From Ideonella sp. (GTDB taxonomy: Bacteria > Pseudomonadota > Gammaproteobacteria > Burkholderiales > Burkholderiaceae_C): DNA of 64,000 bases. This document shows positions 33,187-43,131 of this stretch, piece by piece. The first letter of the stretch is position 1; every line of letters begins with the position of its first letter. The position numbers and the translations under genes are program-made. The notes below the pieces were generated by a model. It had not been told where the DNA came from and did not search any database. It saw nothing but the letters and a program-made list of their open reading frames with translations. The DNA lies in assembly GCF_035254525.1 (NCBI RefSeq), contig NZ_DATFAN010000137.1, positions 23,417 through 87,416 of the forward strand, in the 5' to 3' direction.

Positions 33187-34594
33187 GCCGGCCGTTGCCG
33201 GCCCGAGCGTGCGGCGGGCGCTCCTGCGCCCGTTGCTGTGGAGTTGGGGCATCGGCCTGCTCGCCGCGGTCATCGGGGCCTATTGGCTGGCGCGCACCAG
33301 CGCCAACGTCGCCTTCGACCGCGGCCTGCAGGACGAGGTCAGCGCGCTGGCCGCCAAGGTGACCTGGTCCGACCGCGGGCCGCTGCTCGATCTGTCGCGC
33401 CAGGCGATGGAGATCGTCACCTGGGACCGCGACGATCGCAACGGCTATGCGATGGTCGACGTCGAGGGCAACACGCTTGCCGGCGATTCGCACGTGCCGG
33501 TGCCGAACGCGCGGCTGCGCCAGGCCGGCTTCGCGCAGCCGCGCCTGTTCGACGCCGAGTTCGACGGCGAGCCCGTGCGCGGCGCGGTGTTCTCGCTCAA
33601 GTCGCCGATGCTGGACCGCTCGGTCTCGGTGATCGTCGTGGAGACCAAGAACAAGCGCACGGTGCTGATGCGCGACCTGCAGCTGTCGATCGTGTTGCCG
33701 GCGCTCGCCCTGGGCGCCGTGACCTTCGCGATGATCGGCTGGGGCATCCGCCGCGGCCTGCAGCCGCTGCGCGACGTGGCCACCGAGGTGTCTCTGCGCG
33801 ACGCGCAGGACTGGCGCCCCTTGCCGCTGCAGAACGTGCCGCGCGAGGCGGTGCCGCTGATCGAGCGCATCAACAGCCTGCTCGCCAACGTCGAGTCGTC
33901 CGTCCAGCTGCAACGGCGCTTCGTGGCCGATGCGGCGCACCAGTTGCGCACGCCGGTGGCCGGCATTCGCGTGCTGGCGCAGAACCTGGCCGAGGAACTG
34001 GCTGCAGCGCCCGGCGACCAAGCCTCCTGGCGCCCGATGCTGGCCCAGCTCGAACGCTCGACCGACCGGCTGTCGCGCCTGATCGGGCAACTCCTGAGCC
34101 TGGCGCGCTCCGAGACCGCACTGTCGATGGACGGCGAGCACCAGACCATGGACCTCGTGCCGCTGTTGCGCGAGTCGGCCGAGCCGCTGGTGCTGCAGGC
34201 GCTGCGCCAGGGGCGCAGCATCGTGCTCGAGGCGCCCGAGGCGCCGGTGCCGGCGCGGGCCCATCCGATCTGGCTGGGCGAGGTGGTCAACAACCTGCTG
34301 GACAACGCGTTGCGCTACGGCGGCCCCCGAGTCACGCTGCGCGTGGCGCCTCGGGCCGAAGGCGGGGCGGTGGTAGAGGTCGAGGACGACGGCCCCGGCG
34401 TGCCGGCCGATCAGCTGTCGCGGCTGTTCGAGCCCTTCTGGCGCGGCGAGCGGGCCGACCTGCGCAACGACGGCGGCACCGGGCTCGGGCTCACCATCGC
34501 CCGCGAGGTCGTGCTGCGGCTGGGCGGCCGGATCGACGCCGCGTCGCGGCCCGATGTTGCCGGCCTGCGCTTCACGATCACGCTGGCCGCATAG
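33170..34594 (+). CDS. Sensor histidine kinase (TctE-like)
   Basis: Two TM segments, H-box FVADAAHQLRTP, N-box NLLDNALRY, G-boxes DDGPG and GTGLGL. Confidence 0.92.
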   Translation: MARPPEPAVAGPSVRRALLRPLLWSWGIGLLAAVIGAYWLARTSANVAFDRGLQDEVSALAAKVTWSDRGPLLDLSRQAMEIVTWDRDDRNGYAMVDVEGNTLAGDSHVPVPNARLRQAGFAQPRLFDAEFDGEPVRGAVFSLKSPMLDRSVSVIVVETKNKRTVLMRDLQLSIVLPALALGAVTFAMIGWGIRRGLQPLRDVATEVSLRDAQDWRPLPLQNVPREAVPLIERINSLLANVESSVQLQRRFVADAAHQLRTPVAGIRVLAQNLAEELAAAPGDQASWRPMLAQLERSTDRLSRLIGQLLSLARSETALSMDGEHQTMDLVPLLRESAEPLVLQALRQGRSIVLEAPEAPVPARAHPIWLGEVVNNLLDNALRYGGPRVTLRVAPRAEGGAVVEVEDDGPGVPADQLSRLFEPFWRGERADLRNDGGTGLGLTIAREVVLRLGGRIDAASRPDVAGLRFTITLAA

Positions 34595-34609
34595 GCCGGC
34601 CGAGGGGGG

Positions 34610-35080
34610 TCAGTTGAACAGCGGCCCCGTCAGGCGCGAGCCTGTCTTCAGGCCGCGTTTGGCGAACCAGCCCTGATTCATCTCGAGCACGAAACGCACC
34701 GGCTGTCTGGAGCAGTGCGATTCGTCCGACAGCGGCTTCATGTCCTCGATGTTGACGATGCTGCCGTCGTCGGCCACGAAGGCTGCCGACAGCGGGATCA
34801 GCGTGTTGCGCATCCAGAAGCACTGGGTGGCCGGGCTCTCGAACACGAAGATCATGCCCTCGTGGCCGGCCATCTGCTGGCGGTACATCAGCCCGGTCTG
34901 GCGCTGCTCGCCGGTCTTGGCCACCTGGGCGACGATGTTGTGCATGCCGGCGTGCAGCGTCACGGTCGGAAGTTGCTGCGGCTGGCCATCCGGCGCGGCC
35001 GGCGCGGAATGGCTGAGCGCGAGGGCGGCCAGGCCGGCCAACAAGGCAGCAGGAACACGGCGTGTCTTGATCAATGTCAT
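34610..35080 (-). CDS. DUF192-family exported protein
   Basis: Signal peptide; GLMYRQ..GHEGMIFVF, FWMRNTLIPL and VLEMNQGWF motifs. Start at ATG 35080. Confidence 0.88.
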   Translation of the reverse strand: MTLIKTRRVPAALLAGLAALALSHSAPAAPDGQPQQLPTVTLHAGMHNIVAQVAKTGEQRQTGLMYRQQMAGHEGMIFVFESPATQCFWMRNTLIPLSAAFVADDGSIVNIEDMKPLSDESHCSRQPVRFVLEMNQGWFAKRGLKTGSRLTGPLFN

Positions 35081-35108
35081 GTCGGGGGTGGGGGTCGATC
35101 GGTAGATT
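35067..35108 (+). promoter_or_regulatory. Class II FNR-dependent promoter for ccoI: box TTGAT-CAAT-GTCAT (35067-35080) plus -10 TAGATT (35103-35108)
   Basis: One perfect half-site; the box centre lies 41.5 bp upstream of the start site implied by the -10. Confidence 0.55.
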
Positions 35109-35183
35109 ATCGAACGCAGCAGGAGGCATGGCGCCGACAGGCTGCGTCCGAACATCTCGCCGCCAAACCGCTCCGCCGTTCCA

Positions 35184-37526
35184 ATGAACCAGCCCGCCGC
35201 CTCCTTCGCCCCGGCGCTGGACGCGGCCGCCATGCCCACCCCGGCCGCCAACGACGACCTGGCGGTGCTCGACGACCCGATCGAACAGCAGGCCAGCACC
35301 CGCTGGGAGACAGACAGCGCCGGCCGGCGCGTGGCCGAGACCAGCCTGCTGCTGGAGGGCATGCACTGCGCCGCCTGCGCCGGCATCATCGAATCGGCGC
35401 TGATCCAGGTGGCCGGCGTCGAGCGCGCCGAGGTCAGCGCCGCCGGGCAGCGCGCGCAGGTCCGCTGGTGCCCCGAGCACACCCGGCTGTCGACCGTGAT
35501 CCAGGCGGTGCGCGCTGCCGGCTACGACGCCTTGCCCGATGCGGCCGCACCGGCCCGCGCACTGCGCCAGCGCGAGCGCCGCACGGCGCTGTGGCGCCTG
35601 TTCGTGGCGAGCTTCTGCGCGATGCAGATCATGATGTTCGCCACACCCAGCTACGTGGCGGGCGCGGGTGAGCTGGCGCCGGACCTGCGGCAGTTGCTCA
35701 ACTGGGGCAGCTGGCTGCTGAGCATGCCGGTCCTGCTGTTCTCGGCCGGCCCCTTCTTCCAGGGCGCCTGGCGTGCGGTGCGGCAGCGACGCATGGGCAT
35801 GGACGTGCCGGTGGCGCTGGGCATCGCGGTGAGCTTCGTCGCCAGCAGCGGCGCCACCTTCGATCCGGGCGGCGTTTTCGGCCACGAGGTGTACTTCGAC
35901 TCGCTGGCGATGTTCGTCAGCTTCCTGCTGGGCGCGCGCTATCTCGAAACACTGGCGCGCCACCGCGCGGCGGAAAGCCTGGAACAGGCGCTGGCGGCGA
36001 TGCCGGAAACGGCCCAACGGCTGAGCGAAACCGGCGCGGCCGAGACCATCAGCGTGCACCGCCTGCGTCCAGGCGACCGGGTGCAGGTTGCGCTGGGTGC
36101 CAGCTTCCCGGCCGATGGCCGGCTGGAAAGCGGCTGCACCCAGGTCGACGAAAGCCTGCTGACCGGCGAGTCGCTGCCCGTGCCGCGCGGCGAGGGCGAC
36201 GAGGTCGTCGGTGGCAGCGTCAACCTGGGCGCGCCGGTGCTGGTGCGGGTCGAGCGGGTGGGCGCCGACACGCGACACGGCGCGATCGTCAGCCTGATGC
36301 GCCAGGCGCTGACCCAGCGACCGGCGCTGGCACGCCAGGCCGATGCCTGGGCGGGGCCGTTCCTCTGGGCGGTGCTGGTGTCGGCGGCCGTCGCCGCCGT
36401 GGCGTGGAGCTGGATCGAGCCGTCGCGCGCGATCGGGGTGGCTGTCGCCGTGCTGATCGTCACCTGCCCATGCGCGCTGTCGCTGGCCGTGCCGTCCTCG
36501 CTGGTGGCCGCGGCCGGGGCACTGGCGCGCCGTGGCGTGATGTTGCAGCGCCTCGATGCGTTGGAGGCGCTGGCACGCATCGACCGCCTGTTCATCGACA
36601 AGACCGGTACCTTGACGGAGGACCAGCCGACCTGGGTCGGCACGCAGCTTGTCGACTCGAGCAATGCGCCGCTGGGCGACGTGGCGCCACCGACCCAGGT
36701 GGCCGCGGCCATCGCGCTGGCACGCTGGTCGAGCCACCCGCTGGCGCAGGCGCTGGCGGCGGCTCCGCCGCCCGCAGCCGCATCACCCGGCTGGGCGCAG
36801 GTGCACGAGCTGGCGGGCCAGGGCCTGCAAGCGCGCGATGCGAGCGGCCGCGCCTGGCGGCTGGGCAGCCGGCAGTGGGTCTGTGGCGATCGGGCCGGGG
36901 CGGGCGAGGGCGCGAGCCCCCTGCCGGCCGTCTGGTTCGGTGCGGCGGGCGCCGAGTTGTGCCTGCGCTTCGATTTCGACGAGCGTCTGCGCGCCGATGC
37001 CGCCGGAGCGGTGCAGGCGCTGCAGCAAGAGGGCGTGAAGCTGACGCTGCTGTCGGGCGACAGCCAGGCCCGTGCCGAGCGACTGGCGGCGCGCCTGGGC
37101 CTGACCGATGCGCGCGGCGATTCGACCCCGCAGGCCAAGCTGGCAGCGCTGGCTGCGGCGCAGGCGGCCGGCGAGCGCGCCGGCATGGTGGGTGATGGCG
37201 TCAACGATGCGCCGGTGCTGGCCCAGGCGGACGTGTCGTTCGCGATGGGCCGCGGCGCGATGGTGACGCGGGTGCATGCCGATGCGGTGATCGTCTCGAA
37301 CCGGTTGGCCGACCTCGTGGCCGCACGGCGGCTCGCCCGACGCATGCTGCAGATCACGCGGCAGAACCTCGGCTGGGCCGCCGCCTACAACCTCGCCTGC
37401 GTGCCGCTTGCGCTCGCAGGCTACCTGCCGCCCTGGGCTGCGGGCCTGGGCATGGCCTGCAGCTCGCTGCTGGTGGTCATGAATTCGCTGCGCCTTTCGG
37501 GGAACCGCGAGCCTTCACGCAACTGA
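35184..37526 (+). CDS. ccoI: Cu-transporting P1B-type ATPase for cbb3 assembly (CcoI/FixI)
   Basis: MHCAAC, LTGES, VTCPCAL, DKTGT and GDGVND motifs; heads the cco cluster. Confidence 0.93.
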   Translation: MNQPAASFAPALDAAAMPTPAANDDLAVLDDPIEQQASTRWETDSAGRRVAETSLLLEGMHCAACAGIIESALIQVAGVERAEVSAAGQRAQVRWCPEHTRLSTVIQAVRAAGYDALPDAAAPARALRQRERRTALWRLFVASFCAMQIMMFATPSYVAGAGELAPDLRQLLNWGSWLLSMPVLLFSAGPFFQGAWRAVRQRRMGMDVPVALGIAVSFVASSGATFDPGGVFGHEVYFDSLAMFVSFLLGARYLETLARHRAAESLEQALAAMPETAQRLSETGAAETISVHRLRPGDRVQVALGASFPADGRLESGCTQVDESLLTGESLPVPRGEGDEVVGGSVNLGAPVLVRVERVGADTRHGAIVSLMRQALTQRPALARQADAWAGPFLWAVLVSAAVAAVAWSWIEPSRAIGVAVAVLIVTCPCALSLAVPSSLVAAAGALARRGVMLQRLDALEALARIDRLFIDKTGTLTEDQPTWVGTQLVDSSNAPLGDVAPPTQVAAAIALARWSSHPLAQALAAAPPPAAASPGWAQVHELAGQGLQARDASGRAWRLGSRQWVCGDRAGAGEGASPLPAVWFGAAGAELCLRFDFDERLRADAAGAVQALQQEGVKLTLLSGDSQARAERLAARLGLTDARGDSTPQAKLAALAAAQAAGERAGMVGDGVNDAPVLAQADVSFAMGRGAMVTRVHADAVIVSNRLADLVAARRLARRMLQITRQNLGWAAAYNLACVPLALAGYLPPWAAGLGMACSSLLVVMNSLRLSGNREPSRN

Positions 37527-37541
37527 CAACCGAGCAAATCG

Positions 37542-37688
37542 ATGGACATCCTGTACCTGCTGATCCCTCTGTCCGCCGTGCTCGTGCTCGCGATCATCGG
37601 CCTGTTCGGCTGGGCCTTGCACAGAGGGCAGTTCGACGATCTGCAACGCGAAGGCGAGCGAATCTTCGACGAGCCCGACAACGGTTGA
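37542..37688 (+). CDS. ccoS: cbb3 oxidase assembly protein CcoS/FixS (48 aa, not in ORF track)
   Basis: [48 protein letters not shown], translated by hand. Confidence 0.92.
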   Translation: MDILYLLIPLSAVLVLAIIGLFGWALHRGQFDDLQREGERIFDEPDNG

Positions 37689-37698
37689 TACCGATCAA
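37685..37698. promoter_or_regulatory. Consensus FNR box TTGAT-ACCG-ATCAA upstream of ccoN
   Basis: Perfect consensus; -10-like AACAAT at 37721-37726 gives class II spacing; GAGGAG RBS at 37755-37760. Confidence 0.9.
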
Positions 37699-37767
37699 GT
37701 GGTTTCAGGTTACCTCGCCGAACAATCCCGCAGGGCCTGCAAAGACGCGGGCATGAGGAGTCAATCG

Positions 37768-39207
37768 ATGGCAATTGCTTCAGCGCCGGTGCGTCCGGCC
37801 TACAACGACACCGTCGTGCGCGGGTTCGCGCTGGCGGCGGTGATCTACGGCATCGTCGGCATGCTGGTGGGGGTGATCGTCGCCTCGCAGCTGGCGTGGC
37901 CCGAACTGAATTTCGGGATACCGTTCCTCAGCTACGGCCGCTTGCGCCCGTTGCACACCAACGCAGTGATCTTCGCCTTCGGCGGCAGCGTGCTGTTCGC
38001 CACCAGCTACCACGTGGTCCAGCGCACCTGCCAGACCACGCTGTTCCTGCCGAAGCTGGCAATGTTCACCTTCCTCGGCTGGAACCTCGTCATCGTGCTC
38101 GCGGTGATCACCTTGCCCCTGGGGCTGACGACCGGCAAGGAATACGCCGAGCTCGAATGGCCGATCGATCTGCTGATCGCGGTCGTCTGGGTGGCCTACG
38201 CAATCGTGTTCTTCGGCACCGTCGGCACGCGCAAGGTCAAGCACATCTACGTCGCCAACTGGTTCTTCGGCGCCTTCATCATCGCCGTGGCCCTGCTGCA
38301 CATCGTCAACAGCGCCGAGATCCCGGTCAGCCTGACGAAGAGCTACTCGGCCTACGCGGGCGTGCAGGATGCGATGGTCCAGTGGTGGTACGGCCACAAC
38401 GCGGTGGGCTTCTTCCTGACCGCGGGCTTCCTCGGGATCATGTACTACTACATCCCGAAGCAGGCCGAGCGCCCGGTGTACTCGTATCGCCTGTCGATCG
38501 TTCACTTCTGGGCCCTGATCTTCACGTACATGTGGGCGGGCCCCCACCACCTGCACTACACCGCGCTGCCGGACTGGGCGCAGTCGATCGGCATGCTGTT
38601 CTCGCTGGTGCTGCTGGCTCCTTCCTGGGGCGGCATGATCAACGGGATCATGACCCTGTCGGGTGCGTGGCACAAACTGCGTGACGACCCGATCCTGAAG
38701 TTCCTGATCGTCTCGCTGTCGTTCTACGGCATGTCGACCTTCGAAGGGCCGATGATGTCGATCAAGACGGTCAACGCGCTGTCGCACTACACGGACTGGA
38801 CCGTCGGCCACGTGCACTCCGGCGCGCTCGGCTGGGTCGGCCTGGTGTCGATCGGTGCCCTGTACTTCCTGATCCCGCGCATGTGGGGCCGCAAGACGAT
38901 GTACAGCACCCGTGCGATCGAGCTGCACTTCTGGATTGCCACTATCGGCATCGTGCTCTACATCGCCGCGATGTGGATTGCCGGCGTGATGCAGGGCCTG
39001 ATGTGGCGCGCGGTCAACCCCGACGGCACGCTGGTCTACAGCTTCGTCGAGAGCGTGAAGGCGACCTATCCGTTCTACGTGATCCGCGTGCTCGGCGGCC
39101 TGCTGTACCTGACCGGCATGCTGATCATGGGCTGGAACACGGTGATGACCATCCGCAGCGGCAAGGTGCAACCGGCGACCATCCCCGCCGTGGCCGCCGC
39201 CGCCTGA
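37768..39207 (+). CDS. ccoN: cbb3-type cytochrome c oxidase subunit I
   Basis: [28 protein letters not shown] and [13 protein letters not shown] motifs. Confidence 0.98.
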   Translation: MAIASAPVRPAYNDTVVRGFALAAVIYGIVGMLVGVIVASQLAWPELNFGIPFLSYGRLRPLHTNAVIFAFGGSVLFATSYHVVQRTCQTTLFLPKLAMFTFLGWNLVIVLAVITLPLGLTTGKEYAELEWPIDLLIAVVWVAYAIVFFGTVGTRKVKHIYVANWFFGAFIIAVALLHIVNSAEIPVSLTKSYSAYAGVQDAMVQWWYGHNAVGFFLTAGFLGIMYYYIPKQAERPVYSYRLSIVHFWALIFTYMWAGPHHLHYTALPDWAQSIGMLFSLVLLAPSWGGMINGIMTLSGAWHKLRDDPILKFLIVSLSFYGMSTFEGPMMSIKTVNALSHYTDWTVGHVHSGALGWVGLVSIGALYFLIPRMWGRKTMYSTRAIELHFWIATIGIVLYIAAMWIAGVMQGLMWRAVNPDGTLVYSFVESVKATYPFYVIRVLGGLLYLTGMLIMGWNTVMTIRSGKVQPATIPAVAAAA

Positions 39208-39227
39208 GGAAACAAGGAGAACACCAC

Positions 39228-39848
39228 ATGGCACATGCCCACAACGTTGGCGGTCACGAAAAGATCGAGACCAGCAACTTCCTGATGATCGTGCTGATCC
39301 TGGCCGCGGTCGCCTTCGGCGGCCTGGTCGAGATCGTCCCGCTGTTCTTCCAGCGCTCGACGACGCAGCCGGTCGAGGGCCTCAAGCCCTACACCTCGCT
39401 GCAATTGGCCGGCCGCGACATCTACCTGCGCGAGGGCTGCTACAACTGCCACTCGCAGATGGTGCGCCCGTTCCGCGCCGAGACGTTGCGCTACGGCCCG
39501 TACTCGGTGGCCGGCGAGTTCGTCTACGACCACCCCTTCCAGTGGGGCTCGAAGCGAACCGGGCCGGATCTGCAACGGGTCGGCGGCCGCTACAGCGACG
39601 AGTGGCACAAGGTTCACCTGAACAACCCGCGTGACGTGGTGCCGGAGTCGAACATGCCCGCCTACCCGTGGCTGGCACAAGGCACGATCAACCCGTCCGA
39701 CATGGCGCCCAAGATGAAGGCGCTGCGCGTGGTCGGCGTGCCTTACAGCGACGACGAGATCGCCAAGGCCGGCGACGAAGTCAAGGGCAAGACCGAACTC
39801 GACGCCCTGATCGCCTACCTGCAGGTGCTGGGCACTGCCCGCAAGTGA
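39228..39848 (+). CDS. ccoO: cbb3-type cytochrome c oxidase subunit II
   Basis: [20 protein letters not shown] and [10 protein letters not shown] motifs. Confidence 0.97.
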   Translation: MAHAHNVGGHEKIETSNFLMIVLILAAVAFGGLVEIVPLFFQRSTTQPVEGLKPYTSLQLAGRDIYLREGCYNCHSQMVRPFRAETLRYGPYSVAGEFVYDHPFQWGSKRTGPDLQRVGGRYSDEWHKVHLNNPRDVVPESNMPAYPWLAQGTINPSDMAPKMKALRVVGVPYSDDEIAKAGDEVKGKTELDALIAYLQVLGTARK

Positions 39849-39861
39849 CGGGAGCCGAAGC

Positions 39862-40062
39862 ATGGAATTCGATGTCAACACCTGGCGCAGTCTGATCACT
39901 GTGCTGTCGTTGGTGCTGTTCCTGGGCCTGATCGCCTGGACGATGAATCGGCGGCGCCTGCCGGCCTTCGAGGAAGCGGCGCATCTGCCGTTTGCCGACG
40001 AAGGGCCGGCATGGGCTGGCGACGACACCACTGACGACTCGCAACGGAGCAACAAGCAATGA
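39862..40062 (+). CDS. ccoQ: cbb3-type cytochrome c oxidase subunit CcoQ
   Basis: Single TM segment followed by FEEAAHLPF; lies between ccoO and ccoP. Confidence 0.9.
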   Translation: MEFDVNTWRSLITVLSLVLFLGLIAWTMNRRRLPAFEEAAHLPFADEGPAWAGDDTTDDSQRSNKQ

Positions 40063-40973
40063 GCGACTTCTTCAACGCCGGCTGGTCCGTGTATGTCGGC
40101 GGCATCACCATCGCGGGTCTGGTCTTCTGCCTGATCCTGTTGATGGTGGCCAGCCGCCGCCGCGTGATGGCCAATGACAACACCACCGGGCACGTCTGGG
40201 ACGAGGACCTGCGTGAAATGAACAACCCGCTGCCACGCTGGTGGATGGGCCTGTTCGTCGTGACGGTCATCTTCTCGGCCATCTACCTGGCGCTGTACCC
40301 CGGCCTGGGCAGCATGGCAGGCAGCCTCGGCTGGTCGAGCGCCGGCCAGTGGCAGGCCGAGCAGGACAAGGCGCGTGCCGCGATGGCGCCGGTCTATGCC
40401 GCGTTCGCCAACCAGAGCGCCGAGCAACTGGCCAAGAGCCCGCAGGCGATGGCGATCGGTGAGCGGCTGTTCGTCAACAACTGCGCCCAGTGCCACGGTG
40501 CCGACGCGCGCGGCAGCAAGTCCTTCCCGAACCTGACCGACGGCGACTGGCTGGGCGGCACCGGCGAGGAGTACATCCACAAGACCATACTGGATGGCCG
40601 CACCGGCATGATGCCGCCGATGGCTGCCGCAGTTGGCACCTCGGACGACGTGAAGAACGTGGCCAACTATGTGCTGAGTCTGTCGGGCAGCCCGCACAAC
40701 GCGGTGGCCGCCCAGCTGGGCAAGCCGAAGTTCGCTGCTTGCGCCGCCTGCCACGGACCCGACGGCAAGGGCAATCAAGCGATCGGCGCGCCCAACCTGA
40801 CGGACAAGGTTTGGCTGCACGGCTGGGGTGAGGCCGCGATCATCGCGATGGTCAACAACGGCAAGACCAACGTGATGCCGCCGCAGGGCCCGCGCTTCAC
40901 GCCCGAGCAGGTGAAGGTGCTGACCGCCTACGTCTGGAACTTGTCGCACCCGACCCAGGTCGCCGAGAAGTAA
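40059..40973 (+). CDS. ccoP: cbb3-type cytochrome c oxidase subunit III
   Basis: TTGHVWDEDLREMNNPLPRWW and two CxxCH motifs (CAQCH, CAACH). Confidence 0.97.
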   Translation: MSDFFNAGWSVYVGGITIAGLVFCLILLMVASRRRVMANDNTTGHVWDEDLREMNNPLPRWWMGLFVVTVIFSAIYLALYPGLGSMAGSLGWSSAGQWQAEQDKARAAMAPVYAAFANQSAEQLAKSPQAMAIGERLFVNNCAQCHGADARGSKSFPNLTDGDWLGGTGEEYIHKTILDGRTGMMPPMAAAVGTSDDVKNVANYVLSLSGSPHNAVAAQLGKPKFAACAACHGPDGKGNQAIGAPNLTDKVWLHGWGEAAIIAMVNNGKTNVMPPQGPRFTPEQVKVLTAYVWNLSHPTQVAEK

Positions 40974-42443
40974 GTGAGCGGCGTGAGCGAAACGGCCACC
41001 ACTGCCACGCCAGCGCCTGCGGCCCCCGCCGCAGGCGACGATGGATCAGAAGCGGTCGTTTCGCTCTACCAGAAGCAGCGCAAGATCTACACCCGGGCCG
41101 TCTCGGGCACCTTCGCCACCTGGCGCTGGGCGCTGGTCTGGTTCACGCAGCTGCTGTTCTACGGCCTTCCCTGGCTGACCTGGAACGAGCGGCAGGCCGT
41201 GCTGCTGGACCTGGCCTCGCGCCGGTTCTACATCTTCGGCCTGGTCCTGTACCCGCAGGACTTCATCTACCTGACGGGCCTGCTCGTCATCTCGGCTTAC
41301 TCGCTGTTCCTGTTCACTGCGGTCGCCGGGCGCCTTTGGTGCGGCTATGCCTGTCCGCAGACGGTCTACACCGAGATCTTCATGTGGGTCGAGGAGAAGA
41401 TCGAAGGCGACCGCAACCGGCGCATGAAGCTCGACGCGGGCCCGTGGACCCTGGAGCGCGTGTGGCGCAAGACAGCCAAGCAGGGTGCCTGGATCGCCAT
41501 CGGCCTGTGGACGGGCTTCACCTTCGTCGGCTACTTCACGCCGATTCGCACACTCGTCAATGAGGCGCTGACGCTCGGCTTCGGCCCGTGGGAGTGGTTC
41601 TGGGTGCTGTTCTACGGCTTTGCCACCTATGGCAACGCCGGCTACATGCGCGAGCAGGTCTGCAAGTACATGTGCCCGTATGCGCGCTTCCAGAGCGCGA
41701 TGTTCGACCACGACACGCTGATCATCAGCTACGACACCGAGCGCGGCGAGCCGCGCGGTTCGCGCCCGCGCAAGGCCGACATCAAGCAGCTTGGCCTGGG
41801 CACCTGCATCGACTGCAGCCTGTGCGTGCAGGTCTGCCCGACTGGCATCGACATCCGCAAGGGCCTGCAGTACGAGTGCATCGGCTGCGCCGCGTGCATC
41901 GACGCCTGCGACGGCATCATGGACAAGATGAACTACCCACGGGGGCTCATCCGCTACGCCACGCAGAACAGCCTGAAGGAACACCTGCGGTGGCGGCAGA
42001 TCGTGCAGCGGATCGTCCGACCGCGGGTGCTGGTCTACACCTCGATCCTCGTGCTGATCTGCGCTGCTTTCGTGGCCAGCATCGCGCTGCGCAGCCCCTT
42101 CCGGGTCGACGTGGTGCGCGATCGCGCCACGCTGGCGCGGCTGGTGGATGAAGGCCGGATCGAGAACGTCTACCGTCTGCAGATCATGAACGCGACCGAG
42201 CAGCCGCAGCGCTACCGGGTCGGCGTCAGCGGCCTGCCGGGCATCGCAGTAGCCGGCGAGGCGGAACTCAGCGTGCAGCCGGCCGAAGCCCGCTGGCTGA
42301 CGCTGGGCGTGCAGATTCCGCCCGAGGCGGCGATGCAGGCCGGCGACGGCGCCCACGCGATCCAGTTCCACGTCGACCGCCTCGGCGATGACGGCAGCGT
42401 CGTTCAGGTCACCGAGAAATCCACCTTCATCGTGCCGCGCTGA
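40974..42443 (+). CDS. ccoG: Cytochrome oxidase accessory protein CcoG/FixG
   Basis: GRLWCGYACPQT, CKYMCPY, CIDCSLCVQVCP and CIGCAACIDAC motifs. Confidence 0.96.
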   Translation: MSGVSETATTATPAPAAPAAGDDGSEAVVSLYQKQRKIYTRAVSGTFATWRWALVWFTQLLFYGLPWLTWNERQAVLLDLASRRFYIFGLVLYPQDFIYLTGLLVISAYSLFLFTAVAGRLWCGYACPQTVYTEIFMWVEEKIEGDRNRRMKLDAGPWTLERVWRKTAKQGAWIAIGLWTGFTFVGYFTPIRTLVNEALTLGFGPWEWFWVLFYGFATYGNAGYMREQVCKYMCPYARFQSAMFDHDTLIISYDTERGEPRGSRPRKADIKQLGLGTCIDCSLCVQVCPTGIDIRKGLQYECIGCAACIDACDGIMDKMNYPRGLIRYATQNSLKEHLRWRQIVQRIVRPRVLVYTSILVLICAAFVASIALRSPFRVDVVRDRATLARLVDEGRIENVYRLQIMNATEQPQRYRVGVSGLPGIAVAGEAELSVQPAEARWLTLGVQIPPEAAMQAGDGAHAIQFHVDRLGDDGSVVQVTEKSTFIVPR

Positions 42444-42478
42444 TGCGGCGATACTCAGACGGAAGCAGGACAGACATC

Positions 42479-42751
42479 ATGCAAGCCATCGAACGACTCC
42501 CCGCCACCCCGGCAGATGCCGGGAAGGAAAAGCCCACCTCGTGGTGGCGCGTGCCGATGGTGTGGCTGGTCATCGGCGGGCCGTTGACGGTCGTGGTGGC
42601 CAGCCTGGCCACCGCTGTGATTGCGGTGCGCGGAGCCGACCCGGTGCTCGGGCCGGGCGAGCGAGGCAGTGTGAGCGAACGTACGTCGACGCCCGACGCG
42701 ATGACGCCGGCACTGCAGGCTCGCAATCACGCCGCCACGCCCAAGCGCTGA
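42479..42751 (+). CDS. Short FixH/CcoH-like membrane protein
   Basis: WWRVPMVWLVIGGPLTVVVASLAT TM segment resembles the FixH N-terminus; lies directly after ccoG. Confidence 0.65.
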   Translation: MQAIERLPATPADAGKEKPTSWWRVPMVWLVIGGPLTVVVASLATAVIAVRGADPVLGPGERGSVSERTSTPDAMTPALQARNHAATPKR

Positions 42752-42791
42752 CGCATCCCCACGCCGCCATCACCGCCGCCGGACGCTCCAC

Positions 42792-43040
42792 ATGACGACA
42801 CCGCCGACCGAGAAATCGACCCGAGCGTTGTGCATCCTCTGGCCCGCCTTCGTGATGGCCGGCGTGCTGGAGACCGTGGTCTTCGCGGTGGTCGACCCGC
42901 ACCACCTGCAGTGGTTCGGCAGCACGCCGATCGAGTGGCAGCCGACGACGCTCTATTCCGTGGCCTTCCTGCTTTTCTGGGTCGTGATCTCACTGGCGTC
43001 ATCGATCACCCAGTTCCTCGTGCATCCCGATGCACGGTGA
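42792..43040 (+). CDS. Small two-TM hypothetical protein of the cco cluster
   Basis: ILWPAFVMAGVLETVVFAVVDP...YSVAFLLFW; co-directional with cco, typical codon usage. Confidence 0.7.
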   Translation: MTTPPTEKSTRALCILWPAFVMAGVLETVVFAVVDPHHLQWFGSTPIEWQPTTLYSVAFLLFWVVISLASSITQFLVHPDAR

Positions 43041-43131
43041 CTGAAGGCAGGGTGCTTGCGCGGATCCGGCTCAGCCGGTCCGCCGCAAGAGCCCCCCGGC
43101 GGGCAGCGACCGGAAGGGAGCGTGGGGGCCT

